Notes: generated by a model from the letters alone, not told the origin. Positions 45,196 to 54,829 are shown, counted from the stretch's first letter. The stretch: DNA of 64,000 nucleotides from a virus (IMGVR_UViG_3300031555_010392:1-64000); one strand, 5' to 3'. A program made the numbers and translations.

Positions 45196-45447
45196 TTAAG
45201 GATCCAAATAGGACAGGGTCTGTTCCAAATGGCGAACCCACTCTTCCTGATACCAACTTTTAGCTTCGTGCAAAGTGCAGCCACGGTAACGGCGGGGGCC
45301 GAGCTGGCCCATAATGAGCCAGCCCTTTCCGCCAGTGTTGATCTTGAACGCAGTGACGCCTTTGACCATTCCGCGATTCAAACGCCTTGCCTGTTTGCGG
45401 GAATGAGAGACCTTGCGCTTGAAACGAAGATTAAAGGGGCTTGTCAT
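45196..45447 (-). CDS. small basic protein (83 aa)
   Basis: AGAGGT RBS; start overlaps upstream stop. Confidence 0.35.
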   Translation of the reverse strand: MTSPFNLRFKRKVSHSRKQARRLNRGMVKGVTAFKINTGGKGWLIMGQLGPRRYRGCTLHEAKSWYQEEWVRHLEQTLSYLDP

Positions 45448-46531
45448 TGGTAACCTCTGCAAGCTTGAAGGAAGGATCCTCAGCATCGGCGTCTTCAGCT
45501 TCAGCTTCCTCGTCTTCTCCATAGACCGCATCCAGATCGACATATTCCATGCTCATGCGCTCCCAATTGAACTTGACAGGCATACCAGTGGCCGCGTTGT
45601 ACGCATCGCCGCCGATATACAGGGCACAATCCAGAGTGAAATCGTAGATATAAACGTCCATGTTTTCGTCGATCAAAAGGATGGCGCTGCTGGAATCGAT
45701 CATGGAGCCGTCCTCCAGAATGGCGTATTCCTCTTCATTCAGGAACATCATCGGAATGCGAACCGGGATGGAATTCTTTGCCTTGGACGCGGTGGGCTTG
45801 TTGGCGGAACTGGTGGAAGCAGGAGAGGTGAGATTGGTGCCGCCATAGGGATAAACGTCCCAATCGTCATCATCCCAGCCCGTATGCCATGCGCTGCCGG
45901 AACCGCCGTAATACTTGGAATACTTGTAATTGTAGCTGCGGTAGTCGTAACCGAGATAGCTGGAGTTGGAATACAGGAGACCATCATCCTCAATGAAATC
46001 ACCGATGGTATAGATGAAGCGATCTGCGGTGAGGAAAGCCATCTTGGAAGAAATGGCATTCTTGACCATGAGCATAAGATCCTTATTCTCATAGAACTTG
46101 GGAACGGCACGCTTGAGCGGCGCCAACTGAGACATGATGTATTCCATAGTATCATTGATATTCTTCTGGCGGGGCGTGATATCAATGATACCGTTGTGGG
46201 CGACGCCTACATCCGTGATGGTTTCCAGCTTCTGAAGCAGATGGAGGCTATCCGTGATGGGATAGGGATGCGTATTGGCCGGGATATTGCCGCCGGCAGT
46301 GCCAATGCGGAAGTGAAGGACCATGGCTTCCTTATCAACATCGATCTTCTTCCTGATGGCATCCAGTTCAGCGAACACGGAATCCACAGTCATGAGGCCC
46401 TTGACAATCTTGACCTTTCCATTGATGGTATACATAATGCCAGCGCCATCACGGTTGTGGTTGAACATACGGCGAATGGTGGAATCATCGGGGAGCTTGA
46501 TGCCAGCGGGCTTTGCACAAATGATACACAT
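45431..46531 (-). CDS. class-II (Ntn) glutamine amidotransferase-domain protein with acidic low-complexity C-terminal tail
   Basis: N-terminal Met-Cys nucleophile MCIICAKP, NHNRDGAGIM (R-x-D-x-x-G-I) and VGVAHNGIIDI (HNG) class-II GATase motifs; AAGGAGG RBS. Confidence 0.75.
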   Translation of the reverse strand: MCIICAKPAGIKLPDDSTIRRMFNHNRDGAGIMYTINGKVKIVKGLMTVDSVFAELDAIRKKIDVDKEAMVLHFRIGTAGGNIPANTHPYPITDSLHLLQKLETITDVGVAHNGIIDITPRQKNINDTMEYIMSQLAPLKRAVPKFYENKDLMLMVKNAISSKMAFLTADRFIYTIGDFIEDDGLLYSNSSYLGYDYRSYNYKYSKYYGGSGSAWHTGWDDDDWDVYPYGGTNLTSPASTSSANKPTASKAKNSIPVRIPMMFLNEEEYAILEDGSMIDSSSAILLIDENMDVYIYDFTLDCALYIGGDAYNAATGMPVKFNWERMSMEYVDLDAVYGEDEEAEAEDADAEDPSFKLAEVTNDKPL

Positions 46532-46594
46532 ATTAGGGGGTTCCTCCTTATATATCTGTTTTTGATGATTGATGTGATGGGTTAAAGGGAAGAA

Positions 46595-48475
46595 TCAACC
46601 GCGGCTTACCAATTCCAGAACATTCTTGCTCCAGGCATAGTTCTGGACTCTGGAAGAAGAATCGCAAGCATGGCGGAGACGATACATATAGTCCGTATCC
46701 ACATCGGTCCACGCATCCTCAATGGAATCGACAATAAACGTTTCGCCAGCAAACTGGAACATGTAGGAAGTCACTTCACCGCTCATGCTCTCAGCGAGAT
46801 TGGGAATAACGCGAACCACATCGCCGATCTTAAAGGTACTGCCAGATCCATGGAGAAGCTGATCGCCCTTGTCGTTCTGAATATCGCGTTCCTGCATGTA
46901 GGCAACGATCTCGGGATATTCGTTGTAAAGAGCGAAATCGTTCCAAGTGCATTCCAGCGCTTCCTTGACCGTATGGGTTTTGCAGTACTTGACAAGGTTA
47001 TCGACAAACTGAAGGGTGGCGATGAGCGTGCTGTACTTAAGGGTGCCACGGAAAAGACGGAACTCGATGGTGTTGCGGTTGGTGAGATTGAGAGCGAAGT
47101 AGCGGTCATCGTGAGAATAACAGCGGGAACGGGCGATCTTCTGGATGGTCTGCTGTTCAGAATCATCGGCGCTGACGCTGATATTCATCTTCTTGCACCA
47201 GCGGAGCTGGTTGTAATCGCGGCGGCTGAACTTGACCATGGTATCCCAGAAGCGTTCCATGATCAGAGCGATCTTGGCGATGGTAGCTTCCTTAGCATCG
47301 GGGGTGGAGCCAAGACAGGTGCGGTTGACATGGACATGCAGACCACAGGTGCCAGCCTTGTGAGAGGTGAACTTGTGCTCAAGAGAGGTTTCGCAGATCT
47401 TCTCCCACGGGAATTCCTTCATGTGGTAATTCAGGGTGCAGGGATGAGTGACGATCTCAAGGCCATCATCCAGACTGCCATCACACTTGGTGTAGAGAAG
47501 ATTTTCATTGCCGCGGACAATGTCCTTGGAACAGGCAGTCGCATCATCGCCGTGGTCAATTTCGTTTTCAACTCCCATGTAAACGAAATCCGTGCCATCA
47601 GTGAACGAATCATCAGAAGTGGAGTGGAAAATGGGAGCAGGCTTATAGGAATAATTGTGAATGCGGCCAGCGCGATCATCCCAGCAGGAAGAGCAGTAAT
47701 ATTCATCCTCGCCTTCATCGTAATAACAGTCATCTACATGGAGCACATTTCCGCACTCGTGGCAGCGGCGATAGGACTGTCCGCAATCATTGCAAAGGGT
47801 ATGGCCGTTATCATTGTTGAAACGGAGACGATCATAGCTGAAATACTCGCCGCACTCCTCGCACCTGGCATAATTACTCAAGCAGGAATCACAAACGGTG
47901 AAATCCGTATTCGTCCATCCATGCTGACCATGAACAAGGGAGCCTTCGCCGTTCAGAATGAAAGAACCGCAATCGTGACAGGTTTCAATGTTTTCATAGC
48001 ATTCGCTGCAGATCCTGGTGCCGGTCTTATCCATGTAGAAGTGGCGTCCGTCGTGATAAGCACCGCAGTTATCACAGAAGAAACCTTCGCACTCTACGTC
48101 CAGATCTTCATAGGAGCATTCACCGGAAACTTTCATGCTGACCAGACGACGATCAAAATCGCTGGCGGAATCATCGCATTCACCGACGATGGACTTGTTG
48201 AAATCGGTTTCGTAAGTCCATTCCCATTTGACATCGATTGCGGAATAGGAGCGCTTGAGGATCTCGCGGGTGAGTTCCAGAGCTTCGGAGAAATTGGTGT
48301 CAAAACTGTCGAACATCGGGACCAGCTTATCGAAAGGCTCCTCGCCTTCCTTGGCGACACGGGTGTACAGACCGCCATTCTCAACGCACTTATACACGAT
48401 GTAAGGCTTCATCTGCATGGTGGGATTGCGCTTGGTATAAGTGGTGGTGGCAACCTGATAGAAATGGTACGACAT
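46595..48475 (-). CDS. zinc-ribbon-repeat protein fused to a GCS2/amidoligase (glutamine-synthetase-like carboxylate-amine ligase) domain
   Basis: central block of at least six CxxC pairs (CDNCG, CSEC, CHDCG, CDSC, CEECG, CNDCG, CHECG, CSSC); C-terminal domain with VYMGVENEI...GLEIVTHP...CGLHVHVN signature of amidoligase/GCS2 enzymes. Confidence 0.7.
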   Translation of the reverse strand: MSYHFYQVATTTYTKRNPTMQMKPYIVYKCVENGGLYTRVAKEGEEPFDKLVPMFDSFDTNFSEALELTREILKRSYSAIDVKWEWTYETDFNKSIVGECDDSASDFDRRLVSMKVSGECSYEDLDVECEGFFCDNCGAYHDGRHFYMDKTGTRICSECYENIETCHDCGSFILNGEGSLVHGQHGWTNTDFTVCDSCLSNYARCEECGEYFSYDRLRFNNDNGHTLCNDCGQSYRRCHECGNVLHVDDCYYDEGEDEYYCSSCWDDRAGRIHNYSYKPAPIFHSTSDDSFTDGTDFVYMGVENEIDHGDDATACSKDIVRGNENLLYTKCDGSLDDGLEIVTHPCTLNYHMKEFPWEKICETSLEHKFTSHKAGTCGLHVHVNRTCLGSTPDAKEATIAKIALIMERFWDTMVKFSRRDYNQLRWCKKMNISVSADDSEQQTIQKIARSRCYSHDDRYFALNLTNRNTIEFRLFRGTLKYSTLIATLQFVDNLVKYCKTHTVKEALECTWNDFALYNEYPEIVAYMQERDIQNDKGDQLLHGSGSTFKIGDVVRVIPNLAESMSGEVTSYMFQFAGETFIVDSIEDAWTDVDTDYMYRLRHACDSSSRVQNYAWSKNVLELVSRG

Positions 48476-48497
48476 GTTACAGTTCCCCTTTCATTTG

Positions 48498-48534
48498 ACT
48501 TTATTAGTTATTTAATAAGATTGAAAAATGGGTA
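48498..48534 (-). promoter_or_regulatory. conserved AT-rich promoter-associated element (CCCATTTTTCAA-N11-AACTAATAAAG) upstream of amidoligase gene
   Basis: shares TTATTAAATAACTAATAAAG with copies at 60479-60510 and 53326-53347. Confidence 0.35.
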
Positions 48535-48545
48535 CAAAAAAGAGA

Positions 48546-49016
48546 CTATTCAAGATACGAGATCTGAACGACGGGGTCTTTGTTATCGATGGCTTTGTTG
48601 AGCTTAGGGGCGAGAGCATCCATAAAATCGAACATACGTTTGAACGCCGCTGTGGTAGTTGCATTAAACTCCATGTCAGAGATGATCTTTTCGATCACTT
48701 TGAAAAGCAGGAGCAAGGCCTTCACTTCATTGACCTTCAACTTTTGAAGAGCGCGTGGCTCTTTGCTCATCCTTGCGATCTTGGGAGCGAGAGTATCCGG
48801 TTTTTTGGGGGCGATATAGCTGGAGATGAGGCTGACCTTATAGGGATTGAACAATTCCACCTTGATGGTTCGTGTGGCACGCTCTGCCAATCGTCTGGAG
48901 GAGTCCTTGTAATAAGCGTATGCCTCTTCATAGGTGGGGAATTGTTCTTCCGAGGTGAAGAGCTTATCCTCACCTTTGATCTTCAAAGTGGTACTGCACC
49001 TGACGGAAAAACCCAT
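48546..49016 (-). CDS. hypothetical protein (156 aa)
   Basis: AAAGGAG RBS. Confidence 0.45.
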   Translation of the reverse strand: MGFSVRCSTTLKIKGEDKLFTSEEQFPTYEEAYAYYKDSSRRLAERATRTIKVELFNPYKVSLISSYIAPKKPDTLAPKIARMSKEPRALQKLKVNEVKALLLLFKVIEKIISDMEFNATTTAAFKRMFDFMDALAPKLNKAIDNKDPVVQISYLE

Positions 49017-49033
49017 GCTTTTGCTCCTTTCAT

Positions 49034-49543
49034 TTACATGATGTTAAAGAAACCTAACATTTCAGAATCGCGGAAGATATGGTCGATGGAGTATTTGTGA
49101 TTGTGGAGATTGAAGACGTAATCAGAAAAGTGGTCGTGTTCATGGAGGATATAAGAGAGTTCACCAGGAAGCAGCGGTTTTCTGCCAGTAATATCGCATG
49201 TTTTCCCAAGGAGAAGATCCTCTAACCGGTACACTTTGTAGGTGCTTTCCTGGAGTACCAGATCTAAGAACGTGTCAAAGTCTGCGGCGGGATCCAACCC
49301 GGGAGTGCCGAGTTTCCGCTTAAAGCAATTATAATAAACCTTGGAATGAGACTGCACACTTGCAAACTGCAAGGGCGCCATCCCCTTGGGCATATGATTC
49401 AGATAGAACCCCGCTTTGTGATGCTGAAGCATATAAATGATATCCCGGCCACAGCGCCATGTGGGATAATCGGTGAGGACATAGCGCTTTTCCAGAGTGA
49501 CGTCGTCCATTTCTTTTCTGAATCTGAAGATGACAAAGGCCAC
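49034..49543 (-). CDS. hypothetical protein (~170 aa), GTG start
   Basis: AAAGGAGA RBS 7 nt before GTG. Confidence 0.4.
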   Translation of the reverse strand: MAFVIFRFRKEMDDVTLEKRYVLTDYPTWRCGRDIIYMLQHHKAGFYLNHMPKGMAPLQFASVQSHSKVYYNCFKRKLGTPGLDPAADFDTFLDLVLQESTYKVYRLEDLLLGKTCDITGRKPLLPGELSYILHEHDHFSDYVFNLHNHKYSIDHIFRDSEMLGFFNIM

Positions 49544-49560
49544 TGATGGTTCTCCTTTCT

Positions 49561-49809
49561 TTAGTGGTTCCAGTAGATGGGAGTTTCCTCCCACCAATCC
49601 AGCTCATAAAGATGCTCCTCTCCGGCGATCTCAATGAAGGCCAGATTGTGAGTGATGGAATTGACCTGAACATGGTGCCGGGCATAATCAATACCAGTAT
49701 TGAACGCAAGCCAACTGGCAATAGCGCCGAACAGGAGCACAAACAGGGGATGCCTGAGATAATGGAGGATATCTGAGAAGGTGAGGATATAGGTAGGTTT
49801 GGAATGCAT
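49561..49809 (-). CDS. hypothetical membrane protein (82 aa)
   Basis: GGAGG RBS; hydrophobic core. Confidence 0.4.
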   Translation of the reverse strand: MHSKPTYILTFSDILHYLRHPLFVLLFGAIASWLAFNTGIDYARHHVQVNSITHNLAFIEIAGEEHLYELDWWEETPIYWNH

Positions 49810-49812
49810 GAT

Positions 49813-50154
49813 TTACCTCCTGTGGATCGGGAATGTAACTCTGTCCAACAAGGAAGTTCGTTCATAAAACGGGCCTCTTTTAGACAGGAGCTCAACACAA
49901 CGCACATTGAAAAGATCGCCATAGGTTTTCCAATATTGGAAGAGCGGCTCGATCAGTTCAAGCTTTGTTTTCTTGATAGATACGTAAGTACCGGAACAAT
50001 AGGTTATATAAAGCCAATAGATGGGCTCCGGCTCATGGAGGGGAAGGGGAGACCAGAGATAATTACCATAAAGATCGCTGGCATCATCGAGATAAACATT
50101 TTCAGCCCTTCTGCCACAGAAGGATCTTTCCGCAGCAGACGTCCAGATTGGCAT
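49813..50154 (-). CDS. hypothetical protein (~113 aa)
   Basis: start re-called to MPIWTS (GAGGTGA). Confidence 0.35.
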   Translation of the reverse strand: MPIWTSAAERSFCGRRAENVYLDDASDLYGNYLWSPLPLHEPEPIYWLYITYCSGTYVSIKKTKLELIEPLFQYWKTYGDLFNVRCVELLSKRGPFYERTSLLDRVTFPIHRR

Positions 50155-50167
50155 TTGATCACCTCGC

Positions 50168-50455
50168 TTAATGGAAATAGGCGAATTTCTCGTCGGCGTA
50201 TACACAGAAATCAAAGAGCCATTTTACTCGACGAGAATGAATTTCTTCTGCTGCTACACTGACCTCTTCGCACTTAAAGTATGGTCGATTCTGTTTGACC
50301 CATTTGACGAGCATAAGAATGTCGCTTTGAGTACGGTGATTGAAGACCAAAGTTTGGTTCCAGTGTGCTCCGCACTCAAACTTGATGACGGCTCTGTAGC
50401 TATACTTAGGAGATAAAAGAAGCTTGATATGATCAAAGATCTGATCAAAGTCCAA
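50168..50455 (-). CDS. hypothetical protein (95 aa), TTG start
   Basis: ORF in array. Confidence 0.35.
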   Translation of the reverse strand: MDFDQIFDHIKLLLSPKYSYRAVIKFECGAHWNQTLVFNHRTQSDILMLVKWVKQNRPYFKCEEVSVAAEEIHSRRVKWLFDFCVYADEKFAYFH

Positions 50456-50699
50456 CTTTATCCACCATCCCTTGCTTGGTTCTTTTTATGTTTTCTAACA
50501 GGATTTCAAGTGGAGAAACTGTTTTCCCCTGACTATTGATGAAAAAATGGTAGTTAGAATGAAAGTGCCGAGAGTAAGAGCTATACCAATGATTGAAAGC
50601 TACCATATCCTGAAAGGTGGGGAGAGGAATTGAAACGGTTCTTACCATAGGCCATACAATGACAGCCTTATACGGAGGAATGAAAACTGATTTGTTCAT
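50445..50699 (-). CDS. hypothetical protein (84 aa)
   Basis: ORF in array. Confidence 0.4.
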   Translation of the reverse strand: MNKSVFIPPYKAVIVWPMVRTVSIPLPTFQDMVAFNHWYSSYSRHFHSNYHFFINSQGKTVSPLEILLENIKRTKQGMVDKVGL

Positions 50700-50703
50700 G
50701 TGA

Positions 50704-51006
50704 TCACCAGTCCTTGTAAAGGCTACTGAAGTCTACGATGCGCGTGTCACTCCAATCTGCGATCCATTGGCCTGTTCGTGTGAAAAATGCCATGTGATTT
50801 ATATTGAACAGCATACCGTGATTCATAACCCATTCGATCAGCACTTTGGTATACTTAGGATCAGTGAAAGGAATGGTTATGCCTCCGACATAATTACCAT
50901 TTTTACCGACAAAGTAAAGCCTGCTTATAAAGCGCTCATTCGCGATATCGACGATTCTTTGCAGGACTCTTTCGAGCTTGCATTGCGCTGCCCAATCCCA
51001 TTCCAT
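50704..51006 (-). CDS. hypothetical protein (~100 aa)
   Basis: start re-called to MEWDWAA with AAGGAG RBS. Confidence 0.4.
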   Translation of the reverse strand: MEWDWAAQCKLERVLQRIVDIANERFISRLYFVGKNGNYVGGITIPFTDPKYTKVLIEWVMNHGMLFNINHMAFFTRTGQWIADWSDTRIVDFSSLYKDW

Positions 51007-51010
51007 AAGC

Positions 51011-51565
51011 TCACTCCTTTTTGCGTTCGTCGTGGAATTCCCAGATAGCGGGTTCGAGGATCCCATCAACAACACGATGGACGGAAAGAGAAATGCGAGA
51101 TATGTCTTCGACGGGAGCATACGAGGTGAGCTCCTGTTTCAGATGCCATTTACGCTTGATATCGTTAAATTTAAGCATGGCTTTCTCTTTTGTGGGGCAA
51201 TAAATCACTTCGCAAACAGAGTGTGGACAGTCGGGAAAGTGAGTATCGATGTATTCGCAATCCACAACGTATCTAATGTTCTGTTCCGACTCAACCACAT
51301 ATTTGCCATATGAAGCAAGAGCTTGCATCCAGAAGGTCACATCGGTTTCCTTGGGCAGGACAGGAGAGGGCAAGGCTCCGCATTTGAAGAGCCAAACGAC
51401 AGTGTGGTAAAGAACTTCCGGTGTGGCGTTTGCCAGTTCTTCAACGCCAATGGCCTTAACCAATTCATAAGCGTTAATGGTCCCATCCAGTTCATAACGA
51501 CTCAGAAAAAGCCTGATCGATTCCGGGTTAAGATAATGCCTTTCCTTGAACTTGGGGATATTCAT
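51011..51565 (-). CDS. hypothetical protein (184 aa)
   Basis: AAGGGAA RBS. Confidence 0.45.
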   Translation of the reverse strand: MNIPKFKERHYLNPESIRLFLSRYELDGTINAYELVKAIGVEELANATPEVLYHTVVWLFKCGALPSPVLPKETDVTFWMQALASYGKYVVESEQNIRYVVDCEYIDTHFPDCPHSVCEVIYCPTKEKAMLKFNDIKRKWHLKQELTSYAPVEDISRISLSVHRVVDGILEPAIWEFHDERKKE

Positions 51566-51656
51566 TGCATTCCCTTCTTTCTTTTGATTTGAGTGGATAA
51601 CGATTCATGCACTCATTGGGACGCTCTAAGCAAATCACTTAAAGCGCCCTGTGAAT

Positions 51657-51887
51657 TCATGAATTGGAGCTGTTTTCATCCTCCTTTGTGCGTTCCCATC
51701 CAACCCAGCCTGTGAAACCTTTTTGCTGGGTGAAACGGGCGCTGCTGAAGACTAAGTGGGTTCCGGGATGGCGTGCCTGCCACATCTGCTGCATGAAATT
51801 CTGTTCCTGTTTGGAGAAATTCCTGACAAACTGAGGATTGCGCACCTCAAGGCACATAACGAGATTGCGCACAGCTACGGGGTTCAA
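51657..51887 (-). CDS. hypothetical protein (76 aa)
   Basis: GGAGG RBS. Confidence 0.4.
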   Translation of the reverse strand: MNPVAVRNLVMCLEVRNPQFVRNFSKQEQNFMQQMWQARHPGTHLVFSSARFTQQKGFTGWVGWERTKEDENSSNS

Positions 51888-52114
51888 ACTGCATTCCTCC
51901 TTTGATTAGCTGCTTGGTTCATCTTATGCATGTTGAGCAGTCGGATCAGATCATTGGGGGTAAGGGTGTATTCCTCCTCGCATTCATAGATAGGATGTTT
52001 CCTGTGGAATTTACCGCTGGGCACCATTTTGTTGATGGTGATGGTACAGGTGCTCATTTCTTGTTTGAGCTGAAGAACTCCGACATCTGGAGCTTTGATG
52101 TTGATGAGGCCCAT
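51884..52114 (-). CDS. hypothetical protein (76 aa)
   Basis: GGAGG RBS. Confidence 0.4.
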   Translation of the reverse strand: MGLINIKAPDVGVLQLKQEMSTCTITINKMVPSGKFHRKHPIYECEEEYTLTPNDLIRLLNMHKMNQAANQRRNAV

Positions 52115-52128
52115 AGATAAGCCTCCCT

Positions 52129-52512
52129 TTACTTGATTTCAGAAAGGAGCCTGTCCAGATCATCCTTGGTGCCGCCAAGCTCCAGTGTGGCAAGAATGCG
52201 GTTGATCTCTCTTCCTTTGCGAATGGAGAGTTCATTCTTAGCATCGCACAGTTTATCCCAAATGTTGAGAGGATTGCAGGGAGGACAACAAGAAAGGTTG
52301 GAGCGTATCGCGCGATTCCCAACGAGACCATAACGCTCATTGAAATCCTTTAGTTTTTCATTGAATTCATCATCCATGCGTTTCAGTTCAGCTTTTGTTT
52401 CTTCGCGAAGTCTGGAGTATTCTTCTTCAAGCTTGGGAACTTCGGAAGCTGCGGGCAACCGAGTCCCAACCTCGTCGGAAATGTATTCTCGAATGGCTTT
52501 GGAAATTTTCAT
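52129..52512 (-). CDS. hypothetical coiled-coil protein (127 aa)
   Basis: AAAGGAGA RBS. Confidence 0.45.
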   Translation of the reverse strand: MKISKAIREYISDEVGTRLPAASEVPKLEEEYSRLREETKAELKRMDDEFNEKLKDFNERYGLVGNRAIRSNLSCCPPCNPLNIWDKLCDAKNELSIRKGREINRILATLELGGTKDDLDRLLSEIK

Positions 52513-52527
52513 TCAGCATTTCTCCTT

Positions 52528-53061
52528 TCAGTGAGTAGCATTGACAGCGGAAACAGGGAAAAGATCCATGGGATCAGGGACAGTGGTGGTATGTACAGGC
52601 TTGGAAGAATGGAGAATTCCCGCTTTGATCAGGAAGCGTGCGGCTTTGCGATAGGTTTCCTTATTCTGCTTGATCTCATCATTGAACTGCTGGAGGTTGG
52701 CCAGAGATTCCCGATACTGACGCTTGGCCTCAGCAACCTGAGCTTTGGCGGCTGCGGTTTCCTGTTCAAGCTGTTTGGCCTGACGGATGATGGCTGCCTG
52801 CTTGGCATAGATTTCCTGCGCTTCCTTGATGCGCTTTTCCCGCGTGATGGAGATACGAACCTGTTCCTTCTCCTTCTGGGCCTTGAAACGAGCTTCACGA
52901 TACTTTGCGGTCATTTCCGGCGGCTGCTTACCGATGTGATTGACCACGGTCTGATAGTTGCAGCCGAGAGCTTTGGCGATATCAGAATTCTGATAACCAT
53001 ATTCACGAAGGAGTTCCATCTGGGACTTGACAGACTTGGTGACGCGGACACGCTTAGACAT
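52528..53061 (-). CDS. DNA-binding protein, N-terminal HTH + coiled coil (candidate regulator)
   Basis: NSDIAKALGCNYQTVVNHIGK HTH; AAAAGGAG RBS; promoter-like element upstream. Confidence 0.5.
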   Translation of the reverse strand: MSKRVRVTKSVKSQMELLREYGYQNSDIAKALGCNYQTVVNHIGKQPPEMTAKYREARFKAQKEKEQVRISITREKRIKEAQEIYAKQAAIIRQAKQLEQETAAAKAQVAEAKRQYRESLANLQQFNDEIKQNKETYRKAARFLIKAGILHSSKPVHTTTVPDPMDLFPVSAVNATH

Positions 53062-53076
53062 ATTGCATTCTCCTTT

Positions 53077-53116
53077 TCAATATTAGTTGTTTTGTAAGGC
53101 TTGAAAATGGGCATAA
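53077..53116 (-). promoter_or_regulatory. conserved promoter-associated element (CCCATTTTCAA-N12-AACTAATA) upstream of HTH gene
   Basis: related to element at 48498-48534. Confidence 0.35.
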
Positions 53117-53124
53117 AAATTCCA

Positions 53125-53310
53125 TCAACTGAGGGCGAACAAGATGAATTCGTTCAGTTCACGGTACTCTTGGGTATACAGTTTCCTGCATTTTTCCCGG
53201 TTGATCTCGTCATAGTGACGAAGACCGATATCGCCGTAGACATTCCATCCACCTTTGTAAAGATTACGTTCCATCTTCCAGATGATGTTCTTCTTGCCAT
53301 GGGCGGTCAT
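53125..53310 (-). CDS. hypothetical protein (61 aa)
   Basis: AAAGGAGGAG RBS. Confidence 0.4.
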   Translation of the reverse strand: MTAHGKKNIIWKMERNLYKGGWNVYGDIGLRHYDEINREKCRKLYTQEYRELNEFILFALS

Positions 53311-53416
53311 TGCGTCTCCTCCTTTCTTATAACATAACTAATAAACGTTGTCAACAATAATTTTTATTTTACGCTGACAACTCCCATAATGGGCGGATGG
53401 ACTGGGTAGGAATGGA

Positions 53417-53629
53417 TCAGAACACTCCGAGGGGCATGAGGTTGAAGAAAGAGGGTTCCTCCTCAAAGGATTCTTCGGGATAGGCGATGCCAGACTGGAA
53501 CAGTTTGCTGGCGGTGAAAGACGAGCTGCCTTCGTGGTCATAAATGTCGCTTTCGCGATCAAGGTTGCGGATGAAATCGGAATCGGTACGGACGGTCATG
53601 GACTTGCGGATGGAATCGAGAATAGACAT
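53417..53629 (-). CDS. hypothetical protein (70 aa)
   Basis: GGAGG RBS. Confidence 0.4.
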   Translation of the reverse strand: MSILDSIRKSMTVRTDSDFIRNLDRESDIYDHEGSSSFTASKLFQSGIAYPEESFEEEPSFFNLMPLGVF

Positions 53630-53786
53630 AGGGGTACCTCCTTCAGATGATTTATTTGTGCAGTCTTGTGCACTTAAAAAGACCTACTGTGGATGCAATA
53701 GGCCTTGCTTAAATGCGCATGGTTGTGGTAGGATAGAAGGGTAAGGGGAAATGGGTGACAAGCCCATCGCCCCTGTGATACGCGGA

Positions 53787-53903
53787 TCAGCTGGTCAGGG
53801 AATCGTTGTATGTCTCATGGTACTCGTCAATCGTCGGGAAACGCTGGTAGGTACCATCAGGCATGAAACCCATGTAGCAGGAATCCGTATAGTATCCCTT
53901 CAT
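53787..53903 (-). CDS. hypothetical small protein (38 aa)
   Basis: AGGAGGTGA RBS 6 nt before MKGYYTD. Confidence 0.35.
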   Translation of the reverse strand: MKGYYTDSCYMGFMPDGTYQRFPTIDEYHETYNDSLTS

Positions 53904-54097
53904 GATATCACCTCCTGTGGGTATGGGTGGGGTAACGTGGAGGGATTTTTGATTTAGGCGTGGGTAGTCGGCAATCACCTCCTTTTGGGCAGAGTTGTGG
54001 TATGGTTGGGTGTAGCTATATGCGTACACTCATTGGGAGGCACTGGGTAGAGTGCCTCCTATGAATGTGCGGACTTGGGGTAGGGTAGATCGGTTGG

Positions 54098-54829
54098 TTA
54101 CTTGGCAGCCTTCTTGGTGTTGGCGGTGCGGAGCTTCCACTGTTCACCGGTGACCTGGCTGTGGATGATATCCATCAGAAGGGGGGCGATGCCATCAGCA
54201 GAGACGCCATCCCATTCAAGGCGGGCTTTGGCTTTGGCAAGAGCCATAGCGAGAGCTTTGACATCGTTGTCACGGGCGCGGAGTCCTTCGATGCCGCACT
54301 TGGACAGAACTTCCTTGAACAGGCAATTACGGGCTTCGTTGATGCACTTTTCACGAGTAGCCTTGGGCAGGCCGTTGGATTCGGCGAGAATCACGTCGTT
54401 GATTTTGGGGGCGAGAGCCTTCAGGCCGTCGATGATATAGCCCGCTTCTTCGATAGGAGTGCCGACCTTTTCAGCATGACGGAAGAAGTCCAACATGTTG
54501 ATACGGATACCGTTGCGGACAGCGAACTCAAGAGTGACAGCTTTAGCCATACGCTTGGCATAGCCGGTAGAATGCTCCTGTATTTTGCACAGTTCAACAA
54601 GAGGAGCATCAGTTGCAAGGAAACCATTGTACAGATCGATCAGGGCAGATTCGTTGTAGGCGTCTTTGGCGGCGTTCATGGCAGACATGGCGGCTTTCGA
54701 GTCCTTGGACAAGACAGCTTCCCCGGCGGCTTCAGCAAGCAGAACTTTGTTCATGGCAGAGATAGCCTTGCGGAAATTGTTGCGGAGTTCATCGGTGGAC
54801 AGGATGGTGGTGTTGGTGGTGTTAGACAT
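54098..54829 (-). CDS. hypothetical alpha-helical protein (243 aa), first gene of the minus-strand early block
   Basis: AAAGAGGT RBS; adjacent to divergent control region. Confidence 0.5.
   Translation of the reverse strand: MSNTTNTTILSTDELRNNFRKAISAMNKVLLAEAAGEAVLSKDSKAAMSAMNAAKDAYNESALIDLYNGFLATDAPLVELCKIQEHSTGYAKRMAKAVTLEFAVRNGIRINMLDFFRHAEKVGTPIEEAGYIIDGLKALAPKINDVILAESNGLPKATREKCINEARNCLFKEVLSKCGIEGLRARDNDVKALAMALAKAKARLEWDGVSADGIAPLLMDIIHSQVTGEQWKLRTANTKKAAK

Noticed and set aside
45413-48601. Long plus-strand ORFs (45413..46585, 46670..48601) and P/S/R-rich minus ORFs (45748..46185, 46783..47166, 47431..47733) inside the GATase/amidoligase genes
   Set aside because: They are antisense or alternative frames of strongly supported genes, with repetitive low-complexity translations (GI/AI/GD runs or P/S/R-rich).
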